Positions 1 through 12,654 of a stretch of DNA of 64,000 nucleotides are shown piece by piece (positions within the stretch are counted from its first letter, which is position 1; each line of letters starts with the position of its first letter). A program made the translations under genes and the position numbers. The DNA is taken from positions 20,212,001 through 20,276,000 of the forward strand of contig NC_043015.1 in assembly GCF_006345805.1 (NCBI RefSeq), written 5' to 3'. The DNA is from Octopus sinensis. Taxonomy: Eukaryota. The notes under the pieces were generated by a model. That model searched no databases, was not told where the DNA came from, and worked only from the letters and a program-made list of their open reading frames with translations.

Positions 1-522
1 TGCCACCCCTTCGCTACAACCTCCCCCATCATCATTACGTTCATCCTCCCCTTCCTGCGATCCCTGTTTCCCTCTCTAATTCCCATGTATTCCTTCCACA
101 ACCACCCCAACCACCTTTCTTTCCTCCCCCACTCCTCCTTCCACTCATCATCATTACGCTCAGCCGCCCCTTTCCTCGATCCCTGTACCCTTCCCTCGTT
201 CTCGTCTATTCCTTCAACCCCTCCCCCCACTACCAACATCTCCACTCTCGTCGTCCTCCACCTCTTCCTACTCTTCTCCTCCTCCCTCGTCCGCACGTGC
301 ACTCCGTTACTTAAAGTACGTCTTTATCGTCTGCTACTGCTTGTTCGTCGATCATCATCATCATCGCCATCATCAGTGTCATCACTATCATCATCATGAC
401 CCTCGTTGTTACTATCACCATCATCACCATCCTCATCATCGTCTTTATTATCGACTGTATTAGCAGCTGTTGCTGCAGGAGTTATCGATATTGTGTATGT
501 GTATGATAGCCACGCGAGTGTA

Positions 523-540
523 TGTGTGTGTGCGTGTGTG

Positions 541-602
<62 letters not shown>
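523..602. repeat. (TG)n/(TA)n microsatellite
   Basis: Direct dinucleotide repeat; source of the YIYI ORFs. Confidence 0.95.
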
Positions 603-603
<1 letters not shown>

Positions 604-648
604 TTGTATGTGAATATATATACATACGCATACATGCAAACACAGTAA

Positions 649-976
649 TCTTTTATCTTTTTTTTTACTTGTTTCAGTCAGACTGTGGCCATGCTGGGGC
701 ACCACCTTGAAAACATTTTTTCTTAAGCCTGGTACTTATTCTATCGATCACTTTTGCTGAACCGCTACGTTACGGGGACATAAACACACCAACACCAGTT
801 GTTAAGCGATGATGAGGGCACACGCACACATGCACGTGCGCGCGCGCGACGGGATTCTTTTAGTTTCCGTCTACCAAATCCACTCACAAGGCTTTTGTTG
901 GCCCGAGGCTATAGCAGAAGACACTTGCCATGCAGTGGGACTGAACCCGGGACCATGTGGTTGGGAAGCAAGCTTG
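649..976 (-). mobile_element. tRNA-derived SINE, family A (internal microsatellite)
   Basis: Minus strand reads aagcttgcttcccaaccacatggtcccGGGTTCAGTCCC (B-box-like), then a body shared with many copies in the window, ending gactgaaacaagtaaaa. Confidence 0.85.
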
Positions 977-1160
977 TCTAATTGTTTAACATATGTGGGT
1001 GTTATTGTAAACATTGATCTAAACATTCTCTAAATCTTTGTCCCATTTTGACCCTCTTATAAGCTAAACGCTGTCCATTTTTTCTGATTGACCCAACATT
1101 GCGAAACTTGCAAGTGATTGTCTGTCTGTCTGTCTATCTATCAATCTACCTATCTATCTA

Positions 1161-3966
1161 CGCATCTAATGGCACCCGTCAATGCTCTCTAAGAGTTAAA
1201 AAATTAGAAGAGGCACTTAGGACTGGCATCGCGTCTAACGTACTGGCAGCGAGGTTGGCCCTCGACCAACACTTCAACGCCAAACACGAAGGATGCGTTG
1301 TCAGAGCTAGTATGCGTACTCTGAGGAACGAAAGAGTTAGAGCCGCCCGAGAGGCCTGAGTGGCGGAGGCACAACGAGGCAACAGAGCCACCATTAGGTC
1401 ACTTACAGATGAACAGGGGCGCGAATTACTCGAGCCCGAAAGGATATGTGTGGCCTTTCAACAACACTGCCCGACTGTTTGGGACAACTGGTGGGTCAGA
1501 ACGCAGAGTGACTTTAGTGCCTACCTGCATAGCCTGCCACGACTCTCACCAAGAGAGGCGGAGTGTTGTGAAAGACCCATCACAGCCGCGGACGTGCGGG
1601 ATGCGATGACAGGCTGCGCGAGAGAGAAGTCACAGGCTTGGATGGTCTGCCCAACAAACTTTATTGTCATATGCCAGACTTGTTTGGAGGCGTCTTGGCA
1701 GCTGTCTACTGCAACTGGCAGCAAAACGGGAGTATCCCCGTTTTTGTAAAGCGAGGAGCAGTGGCACTGCTAAAGAAAGATCCGAACAAGGGGAACGTCA
1801 TAGATAAATTCAGGCCCATCACTCTGTTCAACGCAGATTTGAAAATTTTGGCCAAGGGGGTTAGCCGAAAGGTTGGCGCTTGTCATCGAGAAACTAGTCG
1901 ACAAGGCGCAAACGTGCGCTGTGCCGGGTAGGAGTATCCATGACAACCTCCATCTGATGTGCTACATCATAGACAAGGTAGTTAAGGATCCTGGCATGGG
2001 TGGGGCGCTGATCAATTTGGATTAATCAAAAGCCTTCGATAGAGTAGACCATTACTACTTGGAGGCTGTCCTTAAAGCGGCTGGTTTCGGTCCCATCTTC
2101 CGCGGTTGGATCGCTGCCTTATACAGCGGCATCCGCTCGGTACTTCGCGTAAATGGTCATCTATCCAGACCATTTAACATCATGCGTTCGGTTCGCCAAG
2201 GATGCCCCTTCTCATCGCTTCTGTATGTATTGACTCTTGATCCACTACTGCGGAAGCTGGCGACGATGAGGGGCATCCCACGAGAGCTAGGATGCGGGAG
2301 GAGCGTGTCTGTATAGGCGGACGACGTCACTGTCATAGTGTCGAGCCACAAGCACATCGACCTGGTCGGTGAGACACTAAAAGAACACGAAGCGGAAACG
2401 GGAGAAAAAATGAACTGGGGAAAAGTTAGTGGGCTTGCGGCTCGGCACCTGGAGAAGCAAGTCTATGCCGTCCAACAGCGTCTCCATCGTGGGACGCTGG
2501 ACCGACGGACCTGTTAAATTGCTCGAAGTCTGGTTCGGTCCGGACTTCCAAATGGAGAAGAACTAGGGCGAAATAACGACTGGGCCACTCTCACCTAGCA
2601 ACGGGACGAGAGGAAGCTATCCCTAAAAGGTCGGGCGGAGGTAGTGAACGCGTACATCGCATCCGTCATCGAGTACCGTCTGACCGTCGTGCCTTGCCCC
2701 GACCTTACCATCACCAAACTGGAACGCATACTCTTCCGCTTCCTGTGGAAGGGAAGCGTTCCGATGGTTAGGCGATCCATTTGCTGTCAACACCCGCTAA
2801 ATAGAGGGCTAGGCATGGCGAGGTTGATGATGCGTAGACATACGCTGATACTGCGACATTTCCGGCGCTTCATAGACGACGGTGAACAGGTGTGGTCGCC
2901 GTTTGGGCGGCGCGCTTTCCCGTAGCTCGTCTCCTTGGTCGAACTGCAGTCGTGGATCAAACAGAGACCGAGGCTAGGCGAATGACATCGCGAGTGTCGC
3001 GTTGCTCTGAAGCTACTCTGCCGTCCGTTACCAAACTTGTGTGACTTCATTACAACAAAGGTGTTCTATAGAGGATTAGTGGAGGGGTGGTGTGACGACG
3101 TTCTCGGGCAGAATCTGGGCGTCGACGAGGAACAACTGACCCGCCTATTCAGGACAACTTTCGGGCCGGGACCTATGGACAAACACCAAAGATCCCTGGC
3201 CTGGCAGTGCTATCGAGAAGCTTTACCTGTTCGGGATAAGCTCTATAGGCACGGTTCGAGACACACCGGGCTGACTTGCTCAAGATGCGGTCAGAGCGAC
3301 GAAACCGTTCTGCACGCACTCGAGCAGTGTCCAACCATTTCAGACCTGTGTGTTTATACCGAACAGCTGTTGTCACGTGTGGGACGAGTCCGCCTGTCGG
3401 CCGAGTCTATCGTGACAATTGCTCCTCCACCTTCCCTCAACCGGAAAGGCAAGGCAGTCTTCATCGTACTGGTGGCCATTGTGAAAGAATGTGTGTGGTG
3501 GACTCGAGCGAAAGGATTAGAGACAAACACTTACCTCTGTGGCCAATCGCTCATCAACTTTTTCAAGCACCGCTTGAAAACGAAGGTGAGAATAGAGAGG
3601 CAGGTTTTGTCACGTGAAAGCTTCAAAAAAAAAAAAAAAAGGTGGGGTGAATGTAGCAAAGATGGTGCGTGCGAGCGACGAAACCACTTTGAGCATGATC
3701 CTGTAAATCGAAAAAAAGAGAGGGAGAGTTTTTTGCTCACATGTGTTTATTCCCTTTCTTTCCACGGATAAACCTAATCTTGCTTTTTACATTTAAAAAA
3801 TTTCTTCTGTAATACACGATCCCTTTTGATCACCTTTTGTTTTTTTTACCCTGATCTCTTTTGATCGGAATTTTACTTTTTCCCCTTTTCTTTTTCATTT
3901 TCGAAAAGAAAAGCTCTACCTTTGTATTTGTCCCCTCTGTTCAGCCCTGTGTGGCCAATAAAAAAA
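1161..3966 (+). mobile_element. 5'-truncated, degenerate L1/Tx1-clade non-LTR retrotransposon (ORF2: linker, RT, zf-RVT)
   Basis: Motifs FRPITLFNADLKILAK, GRSIHDNL, D*SKAFDRVDH, RQGCPFS (2197), V*ADD (TAG at 2314-2316 replaces Tyr), C-terminal CSRCGQSDETVLHALEQC; several stops and frameshifts; ends AATAAAAAAA at 3957-3966. Confidence 0.93.
3037..3771 (+). pseudogene. Longest surviving ORF2 fragment, with CCHC zinc knuckle (zf-RVT-like)
   Basis: WQCYREALPVRDKL...CSRC...H...C; frame disturbed near the A-run at about 3625-3640. Confidence 0.85.
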
Positions 3967-4027
3967 TCTATCTATCTACCTACTTATCTATCTACCTACC
4001 TACCTACCTACCTACCTACCTACCTAC

Positions 4028-4082
<55 letters not shown>

Positions 4083-4135
4083 CCTACCTTTCTATCTATC
4101 TACCTACCTACCTACCTACCTACCTACCTACCTAC

Positions 4136-4234
<99 letters not shown>

Positions 4235-4295
4235 CCCATCTATCTACCCATCTATCTACCTACCTGTCTGTCTGTCTGTCTATCTATCTATCTCT
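3967..4295. repeat. Compound (ATCT)n/(ACCT)n/(GTCT)n tetranucleotide array
   Basis: Direct repeats starting right after the LINE poly-A. Confidence 0.95.
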
Positions 4296-4744
4296 GACTG
4301 CCTGTCTTTATAGCCTTCCTCTCTCTCTATCATCTCTCTCTTTACCCTCTCTCTCTTTACCCCCTCTCCCTCTTTTAACCCCCTCTCTATCCCCTCTCTC
4401 TCTTTCTTTCCATCCGCCCGTCCATTTATTCATTCATTCATTCATTCATTCATTCATTCTAAGTTAAATAGCTAAGGTGTCTGCAAACAAGCAAGCAAAA
4501 AACCCATCATAATGTGCTTGAGGGAGGGCAGGATTTCTAATTTTACATTAGAAAGTTTACAGAGCTCACGCGCGCACACACACATACACACATACACACA
4601 CACGCACATGTGTCTCGTGTATCACTTAAAGGACTTATTCTCAACGCAAGTAACTATGACCGGGATAATTTCATTTAAGAGAAGTGTATGATACTTAATA
4701 TAAAGCGTCCCATCCTTATAAGGCGTCATATATATATATTTTTA

Positions 4745-4936
4745 GTCCTTTATTTGTTTCAGTCATTTGACAGCGGCCAAGCTGGGTCACCGCCTTTAGT
4801 CGAGCAAATCGTCACCAGGACTTACTGTTTGTAAGCCTAATACTTATTTTATCGGTCACTTTTGCTTAACCGCTAAGTTACGGGGACGTAAACACACTAC
4901 CATCAGTTGTCAAGCGATGTTGGAGAAACAAATACT

Positions 4937-4993
<57 letters not shown>

Positions 4994-5150
4994 GTACATA
5001 TAGGACAGGTCTCTTTCAGTTTCCGTCTACCAAATCCAATCAAGGTTTTGGCCAGCCCGTGGCTATAGTAGAAGATACTTGCCGAAGGTGCCACGCAGTG
5101 GGACTGAACCCGGAACCATGTGGTTGGGAAGCGAGCTTCTCACGACACAA
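4745..5150 (-). mobile_element. SINE family A copy with internal (CA)n
   Basis: Same head, body and tail as 649-976. Confidence 0.88.
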
Positions 5151-5842
5151 TTTTCACTCCTGCGCCTATATATATATATATATGAAAAAATACATATTAA
5201 GTACAGGACATTACCAACGAGCGAAAAATACGTAAACACACAACGGGAGACAAATACGGGACAAAATACCAAAAGAAGTCTAACTTCTCTTCAGTTGTCG
5301 ATCGTTTATTACTATCTGTTTCGTGCTGTTAACGACAGGACAGGAAAAATTCATAAGACAGCAGCATCCAGAAATTTTAGAAATATAAAATTTGTGGAGA
5401 TTTAGGGCTTTGAACGAACAAACGACACAAGAGTGGACGTACGGAAGCGATCGACGAAAACAGACGTTTAGGGCTGTGAGGCCAAGACGAATTGTAATGG
5501 GTAACGCCCGGGAGAAATTTTGAAAGGATATAGAATAAGTAGAAGAGAAAAAGAAATGTATCGAGAGGTGAGAAAAATGACGTCCGGTTATATGGACGTT
5601 AAAAAAATCATTTCACTAATTGAAATCCATATAACTACGATTATTTCGCAGCCTTTATCAAATAAAAACAATTTATTTGAGGGTATAATAAATTATTTTA
5701 CTTGCCTCTATTAATGTATATAATATAAATTACATAATACAGTTGTATAATTTATAAATTAATATTGGTAAAAAAGCTTTTTTTTTTTATAAGTGCCACT
5801 GGATTAATTAAATCCATATATATTTATGTGTATATGTATGTA

Positions 5843-6160
5843 AGGCATGGTGCAGTGGTTAGAGCGTCGGACTCACAATCATGAAGTAGTGAGTTCGATT
5901 CCTGGACCGGACTGTATGTTGTTTTCTTGAACAAAACCCTTTATCCCACGTTGCTCCAGTTCACTCATCTATAGATACCAAGCTGTATTAGCTCCTTTGC
6001 TTTCCCTTGGATAACATCATTGGCGTGAAGAAGGGAGGCTGGTATGCATGGGCCATTGCTGGTCTTCCGTAAACAACCTTGTCCGGACTTGTGCCTTGAA
6101 GGGGAACTTTCTAGGTGCAATCCCATGGTCATTCACCACCGAAGGAGGTCTTAATATCTA
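5843..6160 (+). mobile_element. tRNA-derived SINE family C (Meta-domain-like body)
   Basis: A-box-like GGTGCAGTGG, B box GTTCGATTCC, then gttgttttcttgaacaaaacccttt...gctccagttcactca; the Meta-domain resemblance is from memory. Confidence 0.7.
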
Positions 6161-6170
6161 TGCATATATG

Positions 6171-6311
6171 CAGGCGCGGTCCCAGGAATTTTTCGAAGGG
6201 AGTGCACAAGGTCAGAAAGGAATACAATTCCCGGAGAAAAGGGCATAATAGAAGGGCGCACTTTTCTTGAGGGGACCACGTTCCCCTCAGCTCCCTTTTG
6301 GTTCGCCACTG
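6171..6311. mobile_element. Short MITE, PIF/Harbinger-like
   Basis: Imperfect terminal inverted repeats CAGGCGCGGTCCCAG ... TTGGTTCGCCACTG. Confidence 0.4.
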
Positions 6312-6399
6312 GTATTTGTCTATATGTTTATGTGTGTGTGAATTTCTAAATGTTCGCTGGTGAAGGGGCGTGGCTTACTGGTTAGGGTTTAGGGTTCCC

Positions 6400-6600
6400 G
6401 AGCTTTATTTTACTTTGCTCCAGCTGGCAAAAATGAGTTGCACCTTGTCGCATTCTGTGTCACGCTGAATCTTCCCGAGAACTACGTCAAGGATATGTGT
6501 GTCTGTGGAATACTCAACCATTTGTTGGTTAATTCCAACGGCTGTTCTGTTGAACGGATCAGTTGCAACACATATCGTCAGGATCGACGGAGTGCTAGTA
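6400..6600 (+). mobile_element. SINE family C 3' body fragment
   Basis: gtcacgctgaatcttcccgagaactacgtcaagg...gacggagtgc, also at about 12490-12640, 32240-32370 and 61440-61600. Confidence 0.7.
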
Positions 6601-6602
6601 CA

Positions 6603-6634
<32 letters not shown>

Positions 6635-6707
6635 ATGCATACGTGCTCGTATATGCGAGCATGTGCGTGTGTGTGTATGCATGTATGTATGTATATGCTT
6701 ATAATTT

Positions 6708-7063
6708 ATTTTATTGGTTTCAGTCATTTGACTGTGGCCATGCTGGAGCACTGCCTTTAGTCGAACAAATCGACTTCAGGACTTATTTTCTGTAAACCTA
6801 TTACTTATTCTCTCGGTCTCTTTTTGCCGAACCGCTAAGTTACGGAGACGTAAACACACCAACATCAGTTGTCAAGCGATGTTGGGGGGACAAACACAGA
6901 CTCACAAATATATATATATATATATATATATAAACTTACTTGGAGGATAAGAAACGATGCGAGGCGCTCAGTCATATAATAACAATTTAACAAATAAAAC
7001 ATATGCATACATACATACATATATGTACATAGATGTAGGTATGTATGCATATGTTTTATTTAT

Positions 7064-7140
<77 letters not shown>

Positions 7141-7292
7141 ACACGATAGGTTTCTTCCAGCTTCCGTCTACCATATCCATTCACAAGACTTTTGTCGGCC
7201 CGTGGCTATAGTCGAAGACAGTTGCCCAAGGTGCCTCGCCGTGAGACTGAACCCGGAAGTATGTGGTTGAGAAGCAAGCTTCTTAGCACACA
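6708..7292 (-). mobile_element. SINE family A copy with internal (TA)n and extra sequence
   Basis: Family A tail at 6708-6900 and head at 7145-7292. Confidence 0.8.
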
Positions 7293-7344
7293 ATCACTGT
7301 GTAAAATATATCTTGTTTGCGCTTGCCGTTTTGTGCCTATATTC

Positions 7345-7516
7345 GTTTGTCGTCGCTTGACAACCGGTGTCGGTTTGTTTACGTCCATGTCTGCTAGTAG
7401 TTCAGCAAAAACGGATCGACAGAACAAATGCCATTGCTTAAAATAAGTACGGGAATCGGCTTGATTGGTCAAAACCTTCCAGTGAATAAAACCACGCGCA
7501 AACAACAAAAGAATGA

Positions 7517-7520
<4 letters not shown>
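7345..7520 (+). mobile_element. Diverged family A-related 3' half
   Basis: cgcttgacaaccggtgtcggtttgtttacgtcc matches the family A body. Confidence 0.6.
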
Positions 7521-7563
<43 letters not shown>

Positions 7564-7744
7564 TGAATCGCAGGATGTGTTTCTTGTCAGTTGTAGCTGT
7601 TGCTACTGTGGTTATCGATATTGTTTATGATGTGTGGACCTGTATGTACGTGTCGGTGAGGGTCGGCTGACGTCATATCGAATATTTTGTCTGGATCTGA
7701 ACTTTTGTGAAATTGTTAGAGGGAAGAATCGGAAAAGAACAAAG

Positions 7745-7790
<46 letters not shown>

Positions 7791-8107
7791 AAGGCAAGGG
7801 AGATAAAAGAGACAGAAAGAATTTCAGATGGACGTGAAGAAGAAAATGAAAGAAAGGAAGGAATGATAAATAAACACAGAAAATAAGGCAAGAAATAGAA
7901 GGGAGAGAGAAAGAGAGATGGTTTAGAAATACTAAGAAAAGAGTGAGAGAGAGAGGGAGAGAAAGAGAGAGAATATATATGAGTGGTGTTAAATAGAGAA
8001 GTGATATAGGAGGAAGAGAAAATGAGAGATAGGGAGAGGAGAGTGAGTTGGGTGAGAGGTGATGAGAATAGGTAGTACGAGAAAGAGAGAGGAGGGAGAG
8101 TTGAATT

Positions 8108-8140
<33 letters not shown>

Positions 8141-8154
8141 CGCACACAAACAAA

Positions 8155-8406
8155 AGAAAGAGAAGGAAGTAGACGAAAGAAGAAATGCGGTGAGAAAAAG
8201 AGGCAACGAAGAAAAAGAAAAATCTGTGTATGTATGTATGTATGTATATAATCGTGTGTGTGTGTATGCATGAATATGTTGAAATATTTTTGACCAATTC
8301 AACAGGGTCAAATAAATTATGCGTGATTTTGAAGACTCCATCATTGATGTGGCTGAAAATCCATTCTTTGGCAAGATTTATAAAAGCCAGTTAGATCAGA
8401 GAGAGA

Positions 8407-8437
<31 letters not shown>

Positions 8438-8761
8438 GGGGGAGAGATACTCACACGTTCTCTTGCGCACACATGGATAATCCCTCAAACACGCATAGAC
8501 TTGCACACACCATTCACTCTGTCTCCCTCTCACACACACACAACAGACACACACACACACACACTCAAATCAACTATTCCTTGACAACAAGAAGTTATGT
8601 TGATCTAAGATCGATCCTCTCAGAATAGTGGTTGGAAATCAATTTTCTGGATGGCGCAACATGTCCTTCGTACGAACATCTCTTCCAACAACTGGAGAGA
8701 TAGCTTCAAGGCTCCAGAAACGTTGATTAAGTTTTCTAATCTATGCCTTTCAGCGACATCT

Positions 8762-8845
<84 letters not shown>

Positions 8846-8895
8846 ACTCTCTCTCTCTCTTTCTCTCTCTCTCTCCCTATATATATATATATATT
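8155..8895. repeat. Segment Y, copy 1 (duplicated at 16076-16912)
   Basis: Unique islands near-identical between copies; microsatellite lengths differ. Confidence 0.9.
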
Positions 8896-8899
8896 TATG

Positions 8900-9093
8900 A
8901 TTTAGTCTTTTACTTGTTTCAGTCATTTTGACTGTGGCCATGCTAGAGTACCGCCTTTCAGTCGAAAAAATCGACCCCAGGACTTATTCTTTGTAAGCCT
9001 GGTACTTAATCTATCGGTCTCTTTTGCCGAACCGCTAAGTTACGGGGACATAAACACAACAACATCGATTGTCAAGCAACGGTGAGGGGGGAT

Positions 9094-9186
<93 letters not shown>

Positions 9187-9330
9187 TACAACAACATACA
9201 TATATACGACAAGCTACTTTCAGTTTCCATCTACCAAATCCAGTTTTGTTCGGCCTGAAGCTATTGTAGAAGACACTTGCTCAAGGTACCACGCAGTGGG
9301 ACTGAACCCGGAACTATGTGGTTGGGAAGC
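8900..9330 (-). mobile_element. SINE family A copy with long (CA)n; further partial copies follow at 9340-9560
   Basis: Family A head, body and tail. Confidence 0.85.
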
Positions 9331-9574
9331 ATACACTCATTGGGCTTCAGCCATGCTGGGGCACGATTTGAACGGTTTATAATCAGACAAATCGACCCCA
9401 TTGCTTATTTTTTTTAAGGCAGGTACTTATTCTGTCTGTTTCTTTTGCCGAACCGCTAAGTTACGAGGACATAATCAAACCAACACCGGGGTTATAGTAG
9501 AGACTTTCCCAAAGTGCTGAGCGACAGGACTGAATTCAGAACCACTTGGTTGCATATTAACCTTAAGTACACAG

Positions 9575-9618
<44 letters not shown>

Positions 9619-9715
9619 CACACACACACACACACACACATATGTATGCATGTATAGGTCATGGGGGACAAACACATACACACATATGTATGCATGTATA
9701 GGTCAAGGGGGACAA

Positions 9716-9745
<30 letters not shown>

Positions 9746-9747
<2 letters not shown>

Positions 9748-9919
9748 GGTATTTTTATATAAGCTTAAAGCTTATGGCGATCACCGTGCAATAATTAAGG
9801 AAAATAGTCTAACAAGCCTTCTTTCTGCTGTCGAGGGCTTATATGCCCCCTTATTAGACTATTTCCTTAGTCATTGCATGGTGATCGCCATAAGCTTTAA
9901 GCTTATATAAAAATACCAT
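9746..9919. mobile_element. 174-bp foldback MITE with about 65-bp terminal inverted repeats
   Basis: atggtatttttatataagcttaaagcttatggcgatcacc... is mirrored at the right end; TAT on both flanks. Confidence 0.75.
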
Positions 9920-10451
9920 TATTATTATTTACAGGATTGTAAATCACGGCGCCGAAATAAAAAAAAAGCATTCGCATCGAAAGTATATATATATACACAC
10001 ACATACACATATACGCAGGGCTTCTAAACTATTTCTGTCTAACAAATCTACTCACAAGGTTTTGGTCGACCCCTGGGCCGAAGCTGCGTGCAGCTGGACT
10101 GGACCCAAGACCACATGGTTAAGAAGCAATCTTCTTCCACCATACAGCCATATCTTTCACCTGTAAGTATGTAGAGACATACTTACGAGTACGTGGATCG
10201 CAGGCGTGGATAGCATTACATATGTGGAGCACATTACGTGCTAAACTCTACGAATGCTTTACATATTTTGACAGTATCTATAAGGCGTGTTCTTTTTGGT
10301 TTTTATGAATCCGTGTTTCTTAATCTGATGCAGACAGAATTAGTCATGTGGACTAATGTTCCAATAATTATTGGCAGAAATCTAAAATCATTGACCGGAG
10401 AGAATAACTGTAGATGTCTCATCGGTTCGTCATAGATACGTATGTTTGTAA

Positions 10452-10850
10452 GGCGGCGAACTGGCAGAAACGTTAGCACGCCGGGCGAAATGCGTAGCCG
10501 TATTTCGTCTGCCATTACGTTCTGAGTTCATATTCTGCCGAGGTCGACTTTGCCTTTCATTCTTTCTGGGTCGATAAATTAAGTACCAGTTACGCATTGG
10601 GGTCGATATAATCGACTTAATCCGTTTGTCTGTCTTTGTTTGTCCTCTCTGTGTTTAGCCCATTGTGGGTAGTAAAGAAATAGGTATTTCGTCTGCCGTA
10701 ACATTCTGAGTTCAAATTCCGCCGAGGTCGACTTTGCCTTTCATCCTTTCTGGGTCTATGAATTAAGTACCAGTTGCGTACTGAGGTCGATCTAATCGAC
10801 TGGACCCCTCCCCCAAAATTTCGAGCCTTGTGCCTAGAGTAGAAAAAGGT
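10452..10850 (+). mobile_element. tRNA-derived SINE family B (Deu/Nin-domain-like), dimeric
   Basis: A-box-like CTGGCAGAAACG, B box GAGTTCAAATTCC, core gcctttcatcctttc.gggtcgataaattaagtaccag resembling the Deu/Nin domain (recalled); two tandem units. Confidence 0.85.
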
Positions 10851-12289
10851 GTGTGTGTGTACGTGTTTCATTTCTCGATTGTCAATAGCGAATGACCAGT
10901 CTCTCACCTTGATCCAAGGCTCCTTCATTGGAATTTTCACAACATGTTGTGCATGTTTGTGTGTACGTGTGCAAATATTTGGAGTCGGTCCAAGTGTAAA
11001 TCTGTGTTTTGTTTTATATGCATGTCTAGACTTATTCCTATGTATTTATATGCTAAACTTGTACGTATGCTTACAATGGCGTATTGTAGATGTGGTATGT
11101 TGCCTTTCTCTTTTTCACTTCACGGTAGGTGTTGGCTTGTAACAAGGAAACGAAAACACATCGTTAAAATTTAACAAAAAAAAACATCAGTTAAAACATG
11201 AGATGAAATCTTTTTCTCTTCAAATTATGCATATTTTTACTGTTGTTTTTATAGATTTAATAAGCAACATACATGATGGTAGCTGGTCAATTTCTTTACC
11301 CGAAATCAACAGCTTTTAAAGATGGCCACTTAGACGCGTAGCGAAAATGTTCAACAGCCAGATCACTTTTTCAACATAAGACAGCACTGCATTGTGAACG
11401 AAAACATCTGATAGTACTATGCAATCTAACCCAAATTTTTAATCTTGCATTTACCCTTTTCTAATGCATGCTTCTTTTATGCACTTCACGTCTGCAGTTC
11501 CTGCACTTTCGTTCAATTCACCGTGAACGGAGTTTTGAGTCATGTAGGGGAGATGTTCAGTAATCAGATCACTACACCTGATGTCGCGATTCGCTAGAAT
11601 ATTACCCACATGACCAACAAAATCTGACCAATCACGACTTCCCATAGAACTGGCTCCATCAACAATATCATATTTGCGCGCTTTTCTCTCTGAGCCTGTT
11701 TATTTAGCACACCTTAACTACTTGACAGACAGCATTGACAGGTACCATAAGAGGGCCAACAGAGATGACCGAACGATTGGTGACTAAAACACAACGACCA
11801 GCTGTTACTACAACTGCGCCAGTATCGTTAACATCCCAAACTCCCTCGATGTGATGTCGTTCGTAGTAACGATAGTATTTGCTTTTTGTTTTTACGGGGA
11901 GAATAAAATATTGTTTATCAAAAATTTCAACAGATCTCGTCTTCTCCTTCGTAAACTCAGGTGCTGCCCCAAGTAACTCCGACTCGGAGTTGTAGCATAC
12001 ATGTCAGGGGCTCAGCTTTCGGTTAATTAGCATATAAGGGTTTGCCTACCTCTACATATAAAGACTGGAACCGGTGTATTCTGCTGAAGAAACTTTAATG
12101 GTTCAACAGAGAGGAAGGCATCTGCGGCAACGCATTACGAGGTGCAGAGAGCAAGATGAAGCAGTTAAGATATCTTGGTCGTCCACTGTATCCGTCTTCA
12201 TCCCTAGTCGTCTTGATCCGGTCTTGCCACTGGACTGAAGATGGACAGAGGAGAGAGTGTATGTATGTAGACAGATATGTCAACGCAGC

Positions 12290-12645
12290 TTGGTTGAATG
12301 GTTAAAAAGATCCTTTCGATCACGGATTCGCAGTTTCAATCCCACTACTAGTATCTTGGTTAAGAATTTTTTCTTTTATTGCATCCTCGATTCGACTCGT
12401 GCTATGCGAGTGAAATTAGGTAGAGGGAAACTGTGAAGAAGTCTTCCGCTGGATTGTACTCATAATTCAATGGTCTATCCTTGTCGTACACCGCGTCACG
12501 CTGATTCTGCTTGAGGATTACTTTAAGAGTACACATGTCTTTAGAGTACTCAGCCACATCACATGCTAATTCAATGAACAGCTGAGAGTTCAGTTAAGTG
12601 AACAACTGAATACTCTCATGGTCGAAACTGACGGAGCTCCACTAT
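12290..12645 (+). mobile_element. Old chimeric SINE (family A-like head plus family C 3' body)
   Basis: Degenerate head, then the family C body motif. Confidence 0.55.
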
Positions 12646-12654
12646 ATGCCTTTT

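Noticed and set aside
8290-8760. Protein-like islands in segment Y (e.g. MRDFEDSIIDVAENPFFGK, DVAERHRLENLINVSG) as exons
   Set aside because: No good donor sites, and the differences between the two copies are not preferentially synonymous in any open frame checked
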